A stretch of DNA of 64,000 bases from an uncultured Candidatus Saccharibacteria bacterium (GTDB taxonomy: Bacteria; Patescibacteriota; Minisyncoccia; Phycocordibacterales; UBA2100), in assembly GCA_964434285.1 (NCBI GenBank), contig CAYSUJ010000001.1, positions 104,703 through 168,702 of the forward strand. Reading direction: 5' to 3'. Below the pieces are notes generated by a model. That model was not told where the DNA came from and ran no database searches. It worked only from the letters and a program-made list of their open reading frames with translations. Of this stretch, positions 1 to 9,167 are shown piece after piece; position 1 is the stretch's first letter; the number at the start of each line of letters is the position of its first letter. Made by a program: the position numbers and the translations under genes.

Positions 1-1848
1 AAGAACCGCCTGCCATGCCGTTTGCAAATACGGAGCCACCACCGATCGTTGTGAGATATGAGGCGACATGTGGATTGGGAGCGACGATGTTCTCAACCGC
101 GCGGGCAACCGCATCAGTTTGAGACAAGGTTGATGCTTGCGGTAGCTCGATTTCTACGTAGAAGAAATCGATGTCAGAGGGAGGGAAGAGTGTCGATTTG
201 AGAAGCCCGGTTACTGGAAGCGCGATTGCAACAACAAACGAAACGCCCAGAAAGGCAAAAAATGAACGTTGGTAGAATCGACTCTCAAACAGTGTCTTCA
301 TGAGGGAGCGATACCGGTGAGCAACCTCTTCCCACAGCTCTTCGCGACGAGCGGCAAACGGACTCTCGCTGTGCTTCAAAAGTGTGAGCGCAAGAAGTGG
401 AACAAATCCGAGTGCGACTAGAATAGAGGCGAGCAAGACAGCGATGATTGTGAAGGGAATAGATTGTATGAATTCTCCGATAATTCCCGAGAGGAAAAAG
501 AGCGGCACGAAGACGGCGACGGTCGTCATGGTGCCGGCGATCAGGGGCCAGCCATAGCGTCGCACGGCGTCTTGTGCCGCAGGAAGCTTGTCCATGCCTT
601 TTTCTCGGTTGGTGTGGATTGCCTCAACAACGACGATGCCGGCGTCGATGAGAATTCCGATCGCGATTACAAGCGAGAAGAGGGAGAGGAAGTTGATCGT
701 GTTACCGCTCATCCACATGCCTACGAAAGCAATAACGAATGAAAGGGGTACTGAAAGAGCGGCGACGATAGACTCACGCCATCCGATAGCGATAAGGAGC
801 ACGACCATAATAAGGATGACCGTGTCGCGACCAGCGTGTGTGAGTTCTGAAATGCTGCGACGCACCTCTTCGCCAGCGTCATAGACAACTACCGCTGAAG
901 AGCCCGCGAGGAGACCACCCTTTAATTCCTCGACACGCTCTTTGACGCGGTCAGTCACTGTCAAAATGTTCCCGCCGGAAGCCTTATACACGTTAATAGT
1001 CATCGCATATGCGGGCTCAGATCCTGCTTCCGAGAGGCGTGACACGCTAGCCGTCCGTTCATAGCCATCAACGACTGTCGCAATGTCGCGGAGGAGGACT
1101 TCACCCGTCGCGGTTTTTATCGGAATGAGTGCTACATCTGACGCGCGTACAATCTCTCCTTTAAACTGCACAGGATACTCGATGTCATTGATTGTCACCA
1201 CGCCGGCGGGTGATGAGGCATTTGCGCCACCAAGCGCAGCCAGTACCTGTTGAATGCTCAGGCTGTGTCGCTCCAAGGAATCCGAGTCGAGCACAACCGA
1301 TATCTCTCGAGCGCGTACCCCCGCAACCTCAACGCGTGACACACCATCAAGCGACTGAAGATCGTCTTTCAGATCGTTTCCCAGTGAGTGAAGTGTTTCG
1401 GGCGCGAGATCGCTCGATACGCCGATCATAAGAACCGGTTGATTTTGGAAGTCGACTTTTGTGACCGATGGCGATTCAGCATCGCTCGGGAGATCGCGCT
1501 TCGCACCCTCAACGGCGTTGCGCAGGTCTTGAATTGCCACTTCGATGTCGGCGGATGCAATAAACTGGGCTGTGATGATGGAAGCGCCCTGAACCGAGCT
1601 TGACGTCACCTTATCGATATTCGCCACGTTGCGCACCGCCGGCTCGAGTTTGTCGGTCACGAGTCTCTCGACATCCGCCGCTGTAGCGCCGGGAAGCACG
1701 GTTGTTACGATGCCGATAGGCACGACGACTTCAGGAGACGACTCCTTCGGCATTGCGACAATCGCATAGGTGCCGGCGATGATAAGAGCGATCATCGCAA
1801 GGACCGTGAATGCTTGTCGCGTGAGAAAGAAATTCCAGAGCGGATACA
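1..1848 (-). CDS. RND efflux transporter permease (AcrB/HAE1-like), N-terminal ~615 aa only; C-terminus lies beyond the window edge
   Basis: Reverse-strand translation from ATG at 1846-1848 gives MYPLWNFFLTRQAFTVLAMIALIIAGTYAIVAMPKESSPEV..., a typical RND N-terminal TM1 followed by a periplasmic porter region. Open reading frame runs to position 1. Sits immediately downstream of a membrane-fusion protein gene. Confidence 0.75.
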
Positions 1849-1851
1849 TAG

Positions 1852-3126
1852 CTAGCGCTCGTTCACCTGCACTTTTTCGCCAGCTTTGAGGCCGCGAACA
1901 TCTTTAACAATCATTTCATCGCCACTGAGACCGGTTGCTGAGATTGCGTCTGCTGTCACAAGGCCCGTTGTTACCTCTTTGGTTTCCAAGATGCCGTCCG
2001 CATTGACCGTGAAGACAAATGCACCCGCAGGGGTGTATTTCACCGAAGAAAGCGGAAGCGCAAACGAGCGCTCTGTTGAGACACCTTCGTTTGGAACAAT
2101 GATTGCGACATCGCTGCCGGGCGTGATGATATCGCCGAGCGCTACGCTGACCGCAGATATAGTGCCAGCAAACGGAGCGCGAACTGATGTTTTTGCCACA
2201 TTGGCTCGCGCTGCCTCAAGGGCACCGAGCGCCTGCTTCACTTGTGCGTCGGCGGATGCGCTGCCCGTGCCCGAAGTATTGGTAATCGCAAGGAGAGCGG
2301 AATCAACACTCTCTTGTAAGCCCGTGATTGATGCTCGAGCGGCAGCGAGTGTTGCAGAGTCTGCGGCGCGATCTGCATCAGAATAAACATCGGTTATTTC
2401 TTGACGGGGGATTAATGCGGCGATCCGATCGATGAGAGCCCCGATTGTGACGAGGTCTCTATCGAGCTGTTCGAGGCGCGCGACACTATTTGCTTCCGTC
2501 GTCGTCTCGTTCTCCCACCTGTCGAAAATGGTCGTCTCAATCGCGCTACGAGCATCGTTTATTTCAGGTGCGGCGCCGTAGGCCTGAAGTCGGAATCCCG
2601 TCGCTCCCTGTGTGCCGCGTACATCTGAGAAATAGGTATCGATCGACGTGCGAATAGTTTCTGCTGCGTCCACTGTGACGGATGTCCAAGTGCGAACGCC
2701 GTCCTGCCGAGCGCTTATTTGGCTTGTTTCGTTGCCTCCGGAGGACGCAAGTGCGGCCTCATACACACCCTCAGCCTGAATGAGGGCTGCGCGCTGCGAG
2801 CTGTTCTCGAGTTGAGCAATAATCACTCCCTGTGTCACAACGCCTTCTTGACGCGCCTGTGTCACTTTTCCTCCTGCTTCCGCGCGAATGACATATGCGT
2901 TGCCGCTTCCCGTGGGTACGGCAATACCTCGTGAACCGGCAGAGTAGTCGGCCGCTGCGACAATGTCGACGGCACGGAGCGAGGGTGCGACGCTCTCGCT
3001 CTGGTCGTCAGATTGCAGGAAAAATACGAGAGCAATCGCGAGCGCGGCGACCACCGCCGCCACACGCATCGGATGGGATCGAATATAAACAAAAGCCCTT
3101 CTGTACGTTTCTCGAAGACTATTCAT
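1852..3126 (-). CDS. Efflux RND periplasmic adaptor / membrane fusion protein (HlyD-like)
   Basis: N-terminal signal-anchor (RVAAVVAALAIALVFFL), long Ala-rich coiled-coil middle, C-terminal beta-barrel-like segment. Stop codon lies 2 nt before the RND start (operon arrangement). Confidence 0.6.
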   Translation of the reverse strand: MNSLRETYRRAFVYIRSHPMRVAAVVAALAIALVFFLQSDDQSESVAPSLRAVDIVAAADYSAGSRGIAVPTGSGNAYVIRAEAGGKVTQARQEGVVTQGVIIAQLENSSQRAALIQAEGVYEAALASSGGNETSQISARQDGVRTWTSVTVDAAETIRTSIDTYFSDVRGTQGATGFRLQAYGAAPEINDARSAIETTIFDRWENETTTEANSVARLEQLDRDLVTIGALIDRIAALIPRQEITDVYSDADRAADSATLAAARASITGLQESVDSALLAITNTSGTGSASADAQVKQALGALEAARANVAKTSVRAPFAGTISAVSVALGDIITPGSDVAIIVPNEGVSTERSFALPLSSVKYTPAGAFVFTVNADGILETKEVTTGLVTADAISATGLSGDEMIVKDVRGLKAGEKVQVNER

Positions 3127-3212
3127 GGTCAAATAATAACACATTTCTTCTTTGTAAGCAATATTCCGTGGTCATTCATGATACTATACAAATGCAGAAG
3201 TGTGACCCAAAT

Positions 3213-3803
3213 ATGCAAAAGAAAATCTTTCTTCTCCTCGGCCACCCAGACAAAAGCGGGATGTGCGGTCGTCTCGCAGATGCTTATGAATCAGGTGCGA
3301 AAGCGGGTGGGCACGAAATTATCCGCATGAACATCGGGGAAATGAAGTTTGATCCCATCCTTTGGAAAGGGTACCGAGCTCGACAGGAACTTGAACAAGA
3401 TCTCCAGCAATTTCAAAAGCATGTGCAATGGGCAGATCATTTTGTGGTGGTCTATCCCGTGTGGTGGGTTGGCATGCCCGCGCTTCTCAAAGGTCTCTTC
3501 GATCGCGCATGGCTTCCTGGATCGGCATTTCGTTACATCAAAATGAAGAGCGGGAAGCGCACCGTCTTTTGGAATCGCCTCATGAAGGGAAAAACAGCGC
3601 GCACCATTCTCACTTCGGGCACGGCACCATGGCTTGTGCGTTTTTTGCCCGGGAACGTGAACGCGCAATTACGATGGGGAATTTTGTGGTTCGCGGGCTT
3701 TTCGGTGCGCTCGCTGTGGCTTGGACCGTCTGAAAACCGCCCTGAACCAGTGTGTTCGCATTGGTGCGAAAAAGTGTATGCACTTGGCGTGCACGGAAAG
3801 TAG
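3213..3803 (+). CDS. NAD(P)H dehydrogenase (quinone) / flavodoxin-like FMN-dependent oxidoreductase
   Basis: MQKKIFLLLGHPDKSGMCGRLADAYESGAKAGGHEIIRMNIGEMKFDPIL...WADHFVVVYPVWWVGMPALLKGLFDR matches the flavodoxin_2 / NAD(P)H:quinone oxidoreductase pattern. Confidence 0.65.
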   Translation: MQKKIFLLLGHPDKSGMCGRLADAYESGAKAGGHEIIRMNIGEMKFDPILWKGYRARQELEQDLQQFQKHVQWADHFVVVYPVWWVGMPALLKGLFDRAWLPGSAFRYIKMKSGKRTVFWNRLMKGKTARTILTSGTAPWLVRFLPGNVNAQLRWGILWFAGFSVRSLWLGPSENRPEPVCSHWCEKVYALGVHGK

Positions 3804-3950
3804 TCGCTCCTCTCACGCGCAATGCACAGACACGCGCAGCCGCATCTCGAATCGCGATTTTAGGGTTTATACTGAAACGTAGTTCGGCTATGCCGACTTT
3901 CTCCTCGGCTCTAGCCACTGATCGCTATTATAAGTATTTTTTACACGCAT

Positions 3951-4367
3951 ATGAGAAACATACTTGGCGTTTTCCTTCTTATTATTCTCGTAGGTCCGAG
4001 CGTGGCAGCAGCGCAGATCATTGCAACTCCCTATTGGTGCGGTTGGGGGTGGTCGTCAGCTCCGTGCGTAAGCTACACGCAACCATATTCCTACGGCTCG
4101 TATTACTACCCCGGGAATTATTCGTACTCATATAATTACGGCTACACAAATCCATGCTATCCGGTTTCCTATGATTCCCACGGGAACGTGGTGCAAACAA
4201 GTTGTGGCGTGAATTATCAGTATCAGTACGGTTATCAACACCATCAGTATCCGCAGTACCATTCCTATTACTCTTGGTATGACCACGATCGACACGATGA
4301 CGACCGTAACCGGCGCGACAGAGACAACGACTGGCATAGAGATCGCGACTGGGACAATTATCGCTAG
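3951..4367 (+). CDS. Secreted low-complexity Tyr/Gly-rich protein with RD-rich C-terminus
   Basis: Signal peptide MRNILGVFLLIILVGPSVAAAQ. YSYSYNYGY / QYQYGYQ repeats, 4 Cys, C-terminal DHDRHDDDRNRRDRDNDWHRDRDWDNYR. Confidence 0.45.
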   Translation: MRNILGVFLLIILVGPSVAAAQIIATPYWCGWGWSSAPCVSYTQPYSYGSYYYPGNYSYSYNYGYTNPCYPVSYDSHGNVVQTSCGVNYQYQYGYQHHQYPQYHSYYSWYDHDRHDDDRNRRDRDNDWHRDRDWDNYR

Positions 4368-4405
4368 TGCACAAGGGTATGGAAAAAGTCAAAGTTGAAA
4401 ATCAT

Positions 4406-4543
4406 ATGTTTTCCGGCGGTCTCTGGTGTGTGGGCTGGCTCTTCGCGGTCGGATATCTCCAGCTTTCGTTCTGGAAGGGCGTTCTTGCGATTATCGTGTG
4501 GCCCTACTATATCGGTGTTCATTTCAGTCCGCTCCTTGGATAG
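4406..4543 (+). CDS. Small hydrophobic peptide (45 aa), putative membrane protein
   Basis: ATG at 4406 gives MFSGGLWCVGWLFAVGYLQLSFWKGVLAIIVWPYYIGVHFSPLLG. Its stop TAG is 1 nt before the ATG of the next ORF. Below the size cut-off of the ORF track. Confidence 0.3.
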   Translation: MFSGGLWCVGWLFAVGYLQLSFWKGVLAIIVWPYYIGVHFSPLLG

Positions 4544-4544
4544 T

Positions 4545-4790
4545 ATGCAGAGAACATTCTCCGCCGAAGAGGCTCGCGTGCTTGGCGAGAACATTGGCAT
4601 CTCGTGGTCAGACATCAATCCCGAACAGTTTCGTATGGGACTCGCCGTTGAACTCGAACACGGAAAACGCGATCTTCAAACTAACGTCACCAACGACGAT
4701 CTTGTTTTGACCGCAAAAATTGCCTGGGCACATCTCAAAGAAGTGCCCGATTACTACACGAAACTGAAAGCGATTGAAGGTGAGGAGTAA
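4545..4790 (+). CDS. Hypothetical small soluble protein (81 aa)
   Basis: MQRTFSAEEARVLGENIGISWSDINPEQFRMGLAVELEHGKRDL... The longer ORF start at 4395 overlaps the hydrophobic peptide in another frame. Confidence 0.4.
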   Translation: MQRTFSAEEARVLGENIGISWSDINPEQFRMGLAVELEHGKRDLQTNVTNDDLVLTAKIAWAHLKEVPDYYTKLKAIEGEE

Positions 4791-5045
4791 TGTGCAGTCC
4801 TGCAGAAGGTCGCGTGAGAATAGCCAAAACCAATATTTTTCGGCTACTATACGCCGTTATGGGGCTCTCTATCGGAACCGCGAGTTTGCAGCCCGACACC
4901 CCCTCTATAGCCAGAGCGTAAAACGAATACCTTTTGAGTTCACGATCAAGCTACCGATGCCTCTTCGCACTGGTGTGGACTATGGCTTCCTACCGGGCAA
5001 AAATATTTCAAAAAAGGCACGCTCCGTGGATTGATTTTTCGTTAA

Positions 5046-6020
5046 TTGATGTTGTATATATATGGTATGGTTCCATTCTTTACCAAATATCGTATAGCGC
5101 TTGGTCTCATAAGTATCATCGCCGTAGGTTCGGTAGCGTTCGGCGTGTACCAATTCGTTGAAAATCAGCAGGTTGTCTCGCGACTTGCGTCGCTTGAGAG
5201 CCAGACGGCGGCGATTGCTGCAGCTTTGCAGGCTTCCGGCGCGGTCAGCGAAGAAAACAGATTGCAGCTACAGGAAATCGCCAATCGCGGTGGTGTGATT
5301 GCCCGCTCCCAAGAAGATCTGCTCACGAGCGCTGTGGAGAAAGCATCACCAGCAGTCGTATCCATCGTCATTTCCCGCGACGTCGCGCTCCTAGAGGTCC
5401 AGTACGTGAATCCCTTCGGCGACGATCCGTACTTCCGTGACGTCGGTTATCGCGTGCCCGTATTTCGGCAGGTAGGAACGAGAGCGCAACAAGTGGGCGC
5501 GGGTACAGGGTTTCTCATCCGCTCGGACGGGTATATCCTCACTAATCGTCACGTCGTTGACGACGAACAAGCGGAATACACGGCACTCCTTTCAAATGGA
5601 GAGAAGAAAACGGCGAAAGTCGTATATCGCGATGAACATAACGACATCGCGATCCTCAAGATCGACGGAAGCGGCTACTCCGCGATTCAGCTCGGTAACT
5701 CCTCAGCGCTAAAGCTTGGGCAGACTGTCGTTGCTATCGGTAACGCGCTTGGCGAATACAATAACTCCGTCTCCGTCGGCATAATCTCAGGACTTAATCG
5801 AACAATCGAAGCACAGGATGAGCGGGGTCGTGTCGAAGTGCTTGAAAACGTCATGCAAACCGACGCCGCCATTAACCGCGGCAACTCCGGCGGTCCGCTA
5901 CTCGACCTCTCTAGCAACGCAGTCGGAGTGAACGTCGCGGTCGACCGCGGTGGCAGCAACATATCATTCGCAATTCCCATCGACATCGTCAAATCGATCA
6001 TTGATCGAATACTACCGTAG
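5046..6020 (+). CDS. Trypsin-like serine protease, S1C (HtrA/DegP-like) family, membrane-anchored, no PDZ domain
   Basis: N-terminal TM helix. Catalytic triad motifs TNRHVV (His), DIAILK (Asp), GNSGGPL (Ser). Protein ends right after the protease domain. Confidence 0.8.
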   Translation: MMLYIYGMVPFFTKYRIALGLISIIAVGSVAFGVYQFVENQQVVSRLASLESQTAAIAAALQASGAVSEENRLQLQEIANRGGVIARSQEDLLTSAVEKASPAVVSIVISRDVALLEVQYVNPFGDDPYFRDVGYRVPVFRQVGTRAQQVGAGTGFLIRSDGYILTNRHVVDDEQAEYTALLSNGEKKTAKVVYRDEHNDIAILKIDGSGYSAIQLGNSSALKLGQTVVAIGNALGEYNNSVSVGIISGLNRTIEAQDERGRVEVLENVMQTDAAINRGNSGGPLLDLSSNAVGVNVAVDRGGSNISFAIPIDIVKSIIDRILP

Positions 6021-6022
6021 CT

Positions 6023-6622
6023 ATGCAACATGAGGACATTACACTTATTGAAGAAGCGAAGCGCGAACCGGCGAAGTATGAAGCGCTGTATACGAAATAC
6101 GCGGATCGCGTGTTCAATTATTTCTGGTATCGCACCGGGCACGACTGGGCGTTGTCCGAGGATTTGATGCAAGAGACATTCTTGCGCGCATTCCGGCATC
6201 TCAAAAAATTCAGGAATCGCGGGTATTCGTATCTCACGTACCTACTGAACATCGCGCACAATCTCCTTGTCGACCATTACCGCAAGCCAAAGAGCATTCC
6301 CGTCGAAGACTTGCCGACAGACGCCGTGCCGTATGAAATCACGGCGGATCTGGTGCGGAAGTCGGATGCGGAGTCGCTCTGGCGAGCCATCCAGACCCTG
6401 CCGCAACGCAACCGTGACGCGCTTCTCATGCACTATCAGGACGACAAACCGATCAAGGATATCGCTCAAATCATGAATACCTCGGAAAATTCAATAAAAC
6501 TCAACCTGTCGCGCACTCGCAAGAAGCTAGCCGAGCATCCCTATCTTAAGGACATAGGCGGCTTTGTCCAGAAGAAGCGCAAACCCACAAAGGCTCGGTT
6601 TCTCAGGAAAAAGAAAGGGTGA
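6023..6622 (+). CDS. RNA polymerase ECF-type sigma-70 family sigma factor
   Basis: Region 2 (EDLMQETFLRAFRHLKKF) and region 4 HTH (IKDIAQIMNTSENSIKLNLSRTRKKLAE). Starts 2 nt after the protease stop. Confidence 0.8.
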   Translation: MQHEDITLIEEAKREPAKYEALYTKYADRVFNYFWYRTGHDWALSEDLMQETFLRAFRHLKKFRNRGYSYLTYLLNIAHNLLVDHYRKPKSIPVEDLPTDAVPYEITADLVRKSDAESLWRAIQTLPQRNRDALLMHYQDDKPIKDIAQIMNTSENSIKLNLSRTRKKLAEHPYLKDIGGFVQKKRKPTKARFLRKKKG

Positions 6623-6639
6623 CACCTTTTGGCGTCACG

Positions 6640-6725
6640 CACGTTTAATAGAGTGTAAGCGGTCAGATGGTCTGCCGGAAGGCAGCGGTCGAACCATCGG
6701 AGAAACGACGGTGGGGCTCTTTATT
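6640..6725 (+). ncRNA. ffs: Candidate small SRP RNA (4.5S-like, ffs); ends approximate
   Basis: GCGGUCAGAUGGUCUGCCGGAAGGCAGCGGUCGAACCAUCGG resembles SRP RNA domain IV: GGUCAG 5' strand, GGAA tetraloop closed by CUGCC/GGCAG, GCAGC 3' strand. Followed by GGGGCUCUUUAUU. Confidence 0.4.
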
Positions 6726-7045
6726 GAGCGATCATGAATACAGCGATTCGTTGCGCAGAACAGTTTGCTAAGACGCTTCGGAAATTCATTCGTTCAACGT
6801 CCGATGCGGTTTAGCTTGGGACCCTCGGGTTCCCGTCTCAAAGACGTCCGAAGTGGTTAGCATCTCTTCTGCCGTATCAACAACTGAATATTGTTAGGTA
6901 ATGAAATTATCTTGAGTGCCACGCGTATGGCGCTGACCCAAGGGGGTAACCGTAACGGCATCCTTGGGTTTAACCTGCAATTCACCGCATCTTTGTAAAG
7001 TTGCAATAACAGGTCGACATTATCAACATCTAATCCGATACCACT

Positions 7046-7540
7046 ATGGTGAACATCACGAAACGAGACGATCAATCTCAGTCCGTGGCTCCTTACACGA
7101 GCCCATTCTCTCTCATCGATCGATTCTTCGACGACTCGTGGGATCCGTTCAACATGATGCTGCCTTCGATGCTCCGCAACCGCGGACTTACAAGCGTCAG
7201 CTCTATGTTTCCGAAAGTCGATGTATCGGAAACCGAGAACGAAATTAAAGTGGTCGCGAATGTTCCCGGTATCGACCCGGACAAACTGAACATCGAAGTC
7301 GGCGACGACTATCTCTCGCTCTCGGGCAAAATCGACAAGGAGACCAAGGATGAGGATAAGAAAGGCAAAGTGTATCGCTATGAACGCGAGTACGGGGAGT
7401 TCCGTCGAGAGTTTGCGCTTCCGGCTCGCGTAAAAGCCGACGCGATCAGCGCGAAGGCACGAAACGGCGTCCTCACTATCACGCTTCCGAAGTCCGACGA
7501 GGAGAAGAAGCACAAGGTGAAGGTTGAGATTGAGAAGTAG
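7046..7540 (+). CDS. Hsp20/alpha-crystallin family small heat shock protein
   Basis: PKVDVSETENEIKVVANVPGIDPDKLNIEV...FRREFALPARVKADAISAKARNGVLTITLPK. Confidence 0.85.
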   Translation: MVNITKRDDQSQSVAPYTSPFSLIDRFFDDSWDPFNMMLPSMLRNRGLTSVSSMFPKVDVSETENEIKVVANVPGIDPDKLNIEVGDDYLSLSGKIDKETKDEDKKGKVYRYEREYGEFRREFALPARVKADAISAKARNGVLTITLPKSDEEKKHKVKVEIEK

Positions 7541-7548
7541 CAATATGC

Positions 7549-7580
7549 AAGCCGCCTCCATTCGACTGGGGGCGGCTTTG
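7549..7580 (+). terminator. Rho-independent terminator after hsp20
   Basis: GCCGCCUCC-loop-GGGGGCGGC stem followed by TTT. Confidence 0.55.
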
Positions 7581-7596
7581 CGCTGTCGCAACGCGT

Positions 7597-7941
7597 ATGA
7601 ATATCGAAAATCAAAAAGTAATAACTGGCATTCTCGGACTCTTGCTCGTCGCAAGCGTCATCGGAAATGTTTTTCTGTATCAGAAGGTCCAGAAGAACGA
7701 ACCGTTCTATAGCGTTCAAAACGCGGGCACATCAACCGTAACGACCTTCGAGGGTCCCGGATTCAAGAACGAAGTGGTAACGTTCTTCGACGGCAAGCAA
7801 TACCGCACCTACGCAACCTCCACGCCCTTAAGCGATAGCGACATCAGGGCTATGCGCGAGGAAATGGAGAAGGAATTCGACCGCATGAACGAATTCTTCA
7901 GGCGACAAGACGAGTTTTTCAGCTCATTGTGGGAGTTTTAG
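7597..7941 (+). CDS. Hypothetical membrane-anchored protein (114 aa)
   Basis: N-terminal TM (ITGILGLLLVASVIGNVFLY). No recognisable domain. Confidence 0.4.
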   Translation: MNIENQKVITGILGLLLVASVIGNVFLYQKVQKNEPFYSVQNAGTSTVTTFEGPGFKNEVVTFFDGKQYRTYATSTPLSDSDIRAMREEMEKEFDRMNEFFRRQDEFFSSLWEF

Positions 7942-8005
7942 TATTCTTACCACGCGCGCTCACTCGTTGATTTTTTGCCTAAAGTAAGCCATAATTTGGC
8001 TTACA

Positions 8006-9109
8006 ATGTCAAAACTAGCGATAGGTATCGTTGGTCTTCCCAACGTGGGCAAATCCACGCTTTTTAATGCGCTCACCAAAAAGGGCGTCCTCATCGCGAA
8101 TTATCCTTTCGCCACGATCGATCCTTCAGTGGGTGTTGTCGCCGTGCCCGATGGCCGGTTGGACGCTCTCGCCAAGATGTCGAATACGCAGAAAATCGTT
8201 CCAGCCGCTGTCGAATTCGTCGATATTGCGGGTCTCGTGAAAGGCGCCTCAGAAGGGGAGGGGCTCGGAAACCAATTCCTCACCAACATACGCGAGACGG
8301 ACGCAATCGCGGAAGTTGTGCGCCTCTTTGACGATGAAGATATCCACCATGTGCATGGTGATGTGGATCCGAGCCGCGATGTGGAAGTTATCAATCTCGA
8401 ACTTGTCCTTGCTGATGAGCAGAGTGCCTCGAAGCGTCTAGAACGCGCCGAACGCGACGCAAAAGGGAATGACAAGACCATTGTGGCTGAACGCGATGTG
8501 CTCCGGAAAATTGTACCCGCACTCAAGGCAGGCAAAGCGGCACGCACTGTCGATTTGGATGAGAAGGAGAAAGAGGTCGCGAAGACGTTCCAATTCTTGA
8601 CTATGAAGCCGATTCTCTACGTACTCAACCGCAAGAGCGGAGCAATCAATATGGATGCGGAAGCGGGAGAACGCTGGAAGGCGCTTGAGAAGCATCTCGA
8701 GAGTGAAAAGGCGCAGTGGGTGTTTGTTGACGCTGGTGTCGAGCATGAGCTCTCCGATATTCAAGGTGATGAAAAAGCAGAATTTCGCCGTGAACTCGGC
8801 GTCTCCTCAGATGGTATCGACGACCTCATTCGTGGTGGGTACCGCCTACTCGATCTGATTTCATTCTTTACCACAGGTGAAAAAGAAACTCGCGCGTGGA
8901 CGATCAAGCGCGGTGCAAAAGCTCCTGAAGCAGGTGCCGCCATCCATGGTGATTTTCGTGACAAATTCATCCGCGCGCATGTCATTCAATACGATAAACT
9001 CCTCGAAGCTGGGTCATGGGCAGCGGCGCGCGAAAAGGGATGGGTACGCACGGAGGGTAAAGAATACATCGTCCAAGACGGCGACGTGATGGAATTTTTT
9101 CATTCGTGA
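8006..9109 (+). CDS. ychF: Ribosome-binding ATPase YchF (Obg-like GTPase family)
   Basis: MSKLAIGIVGLPNVGKSTLFNALT G1 motif, TGS-like C-terminus (DGDVMEFFHS). Confidence 0.9.
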   Translation: MSKLAIGIVGLPNVGKSTLFNALTKKGVLIANYPFATIDPSVGVVAVPDGRLDALAKMSNTQKIVPAAVEFVDIAGLVKGASEGEGLGNQFLTNIRETDAIAEVVRLFDDEDIHHVHGDVDPSRDVEVINLELVLADEQSASKRLERAERDAKGNDKTIVAERDVLRKIVPALKAGKAARTVDLDEKEKEVAKTFQFLTMKPILYVLNRKSGAINMDAEAGERWKALEKHLESEKAQWVFVDAGVEHELSDIQGDEKAEFRRELGVSSDGIDDLIRGGYRLLDLISFFTTGEKETRAWTIKRGAKAPEAGAAIHGDFRDKFIRAHVIQYDKLLEAGSWAAAREKGWVRTEGKEYIVQDGDVMEFFHS

Positions 9110-9167
9110 TTTCATCGTGCTATACTTCCGCGGCAGATGTAGTTGAAACAAGAGAAGGAACTTCAAG

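Noticed and set aside
2895-3803. 302-aa ORF-track version of the NAD(P)H dehydrogenase
   Set aside because: The N-terminal 100 aa are Arg-rich junk overlapping the MFP gene on the other strand. The conserved flavodoxin-like domain starts at MQKKIFLLLGHP (3213).
3840-3880. tRNA-like T-loop TCTCGAATC
   Set aside because: No flanking T-stem or acceptor-stem complementarity. An isolated motif.
6745-7045. CIRCE (HrcA) operator or ROSE element upstream of hsp20, dnaK or grpE
   Set aside because: Searched for TTAGCACTC-N9-GAGTGCTAA. Only partial half-sites (TTAGCATCTC, GAGTGCCAC) are present, ~50 nt apart and not palindromic. None found near dnaK/grpE either.
6623-7045. RNase P RNA or tmRNA in the long non-coding gap
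   Set aside because: Conserved RNase P blocks (GGAAAGUCCGGGCUCC, ACAGAACCCGGCUUA) and the tmRNA tRNA-like 3' end (GGUUCGAAUCC...CCA) with an ANDENYALAA-type tag frame are absent. Only the SRP-like motif is supported.
6857-7654. 265-aa ORF on the minus strand
   Set aside because: Entirely antisense to the well-supported hsp20 gene and its leader, with a low-complexity Leu/Arg-rich translation. Most likely a spurious ORF.
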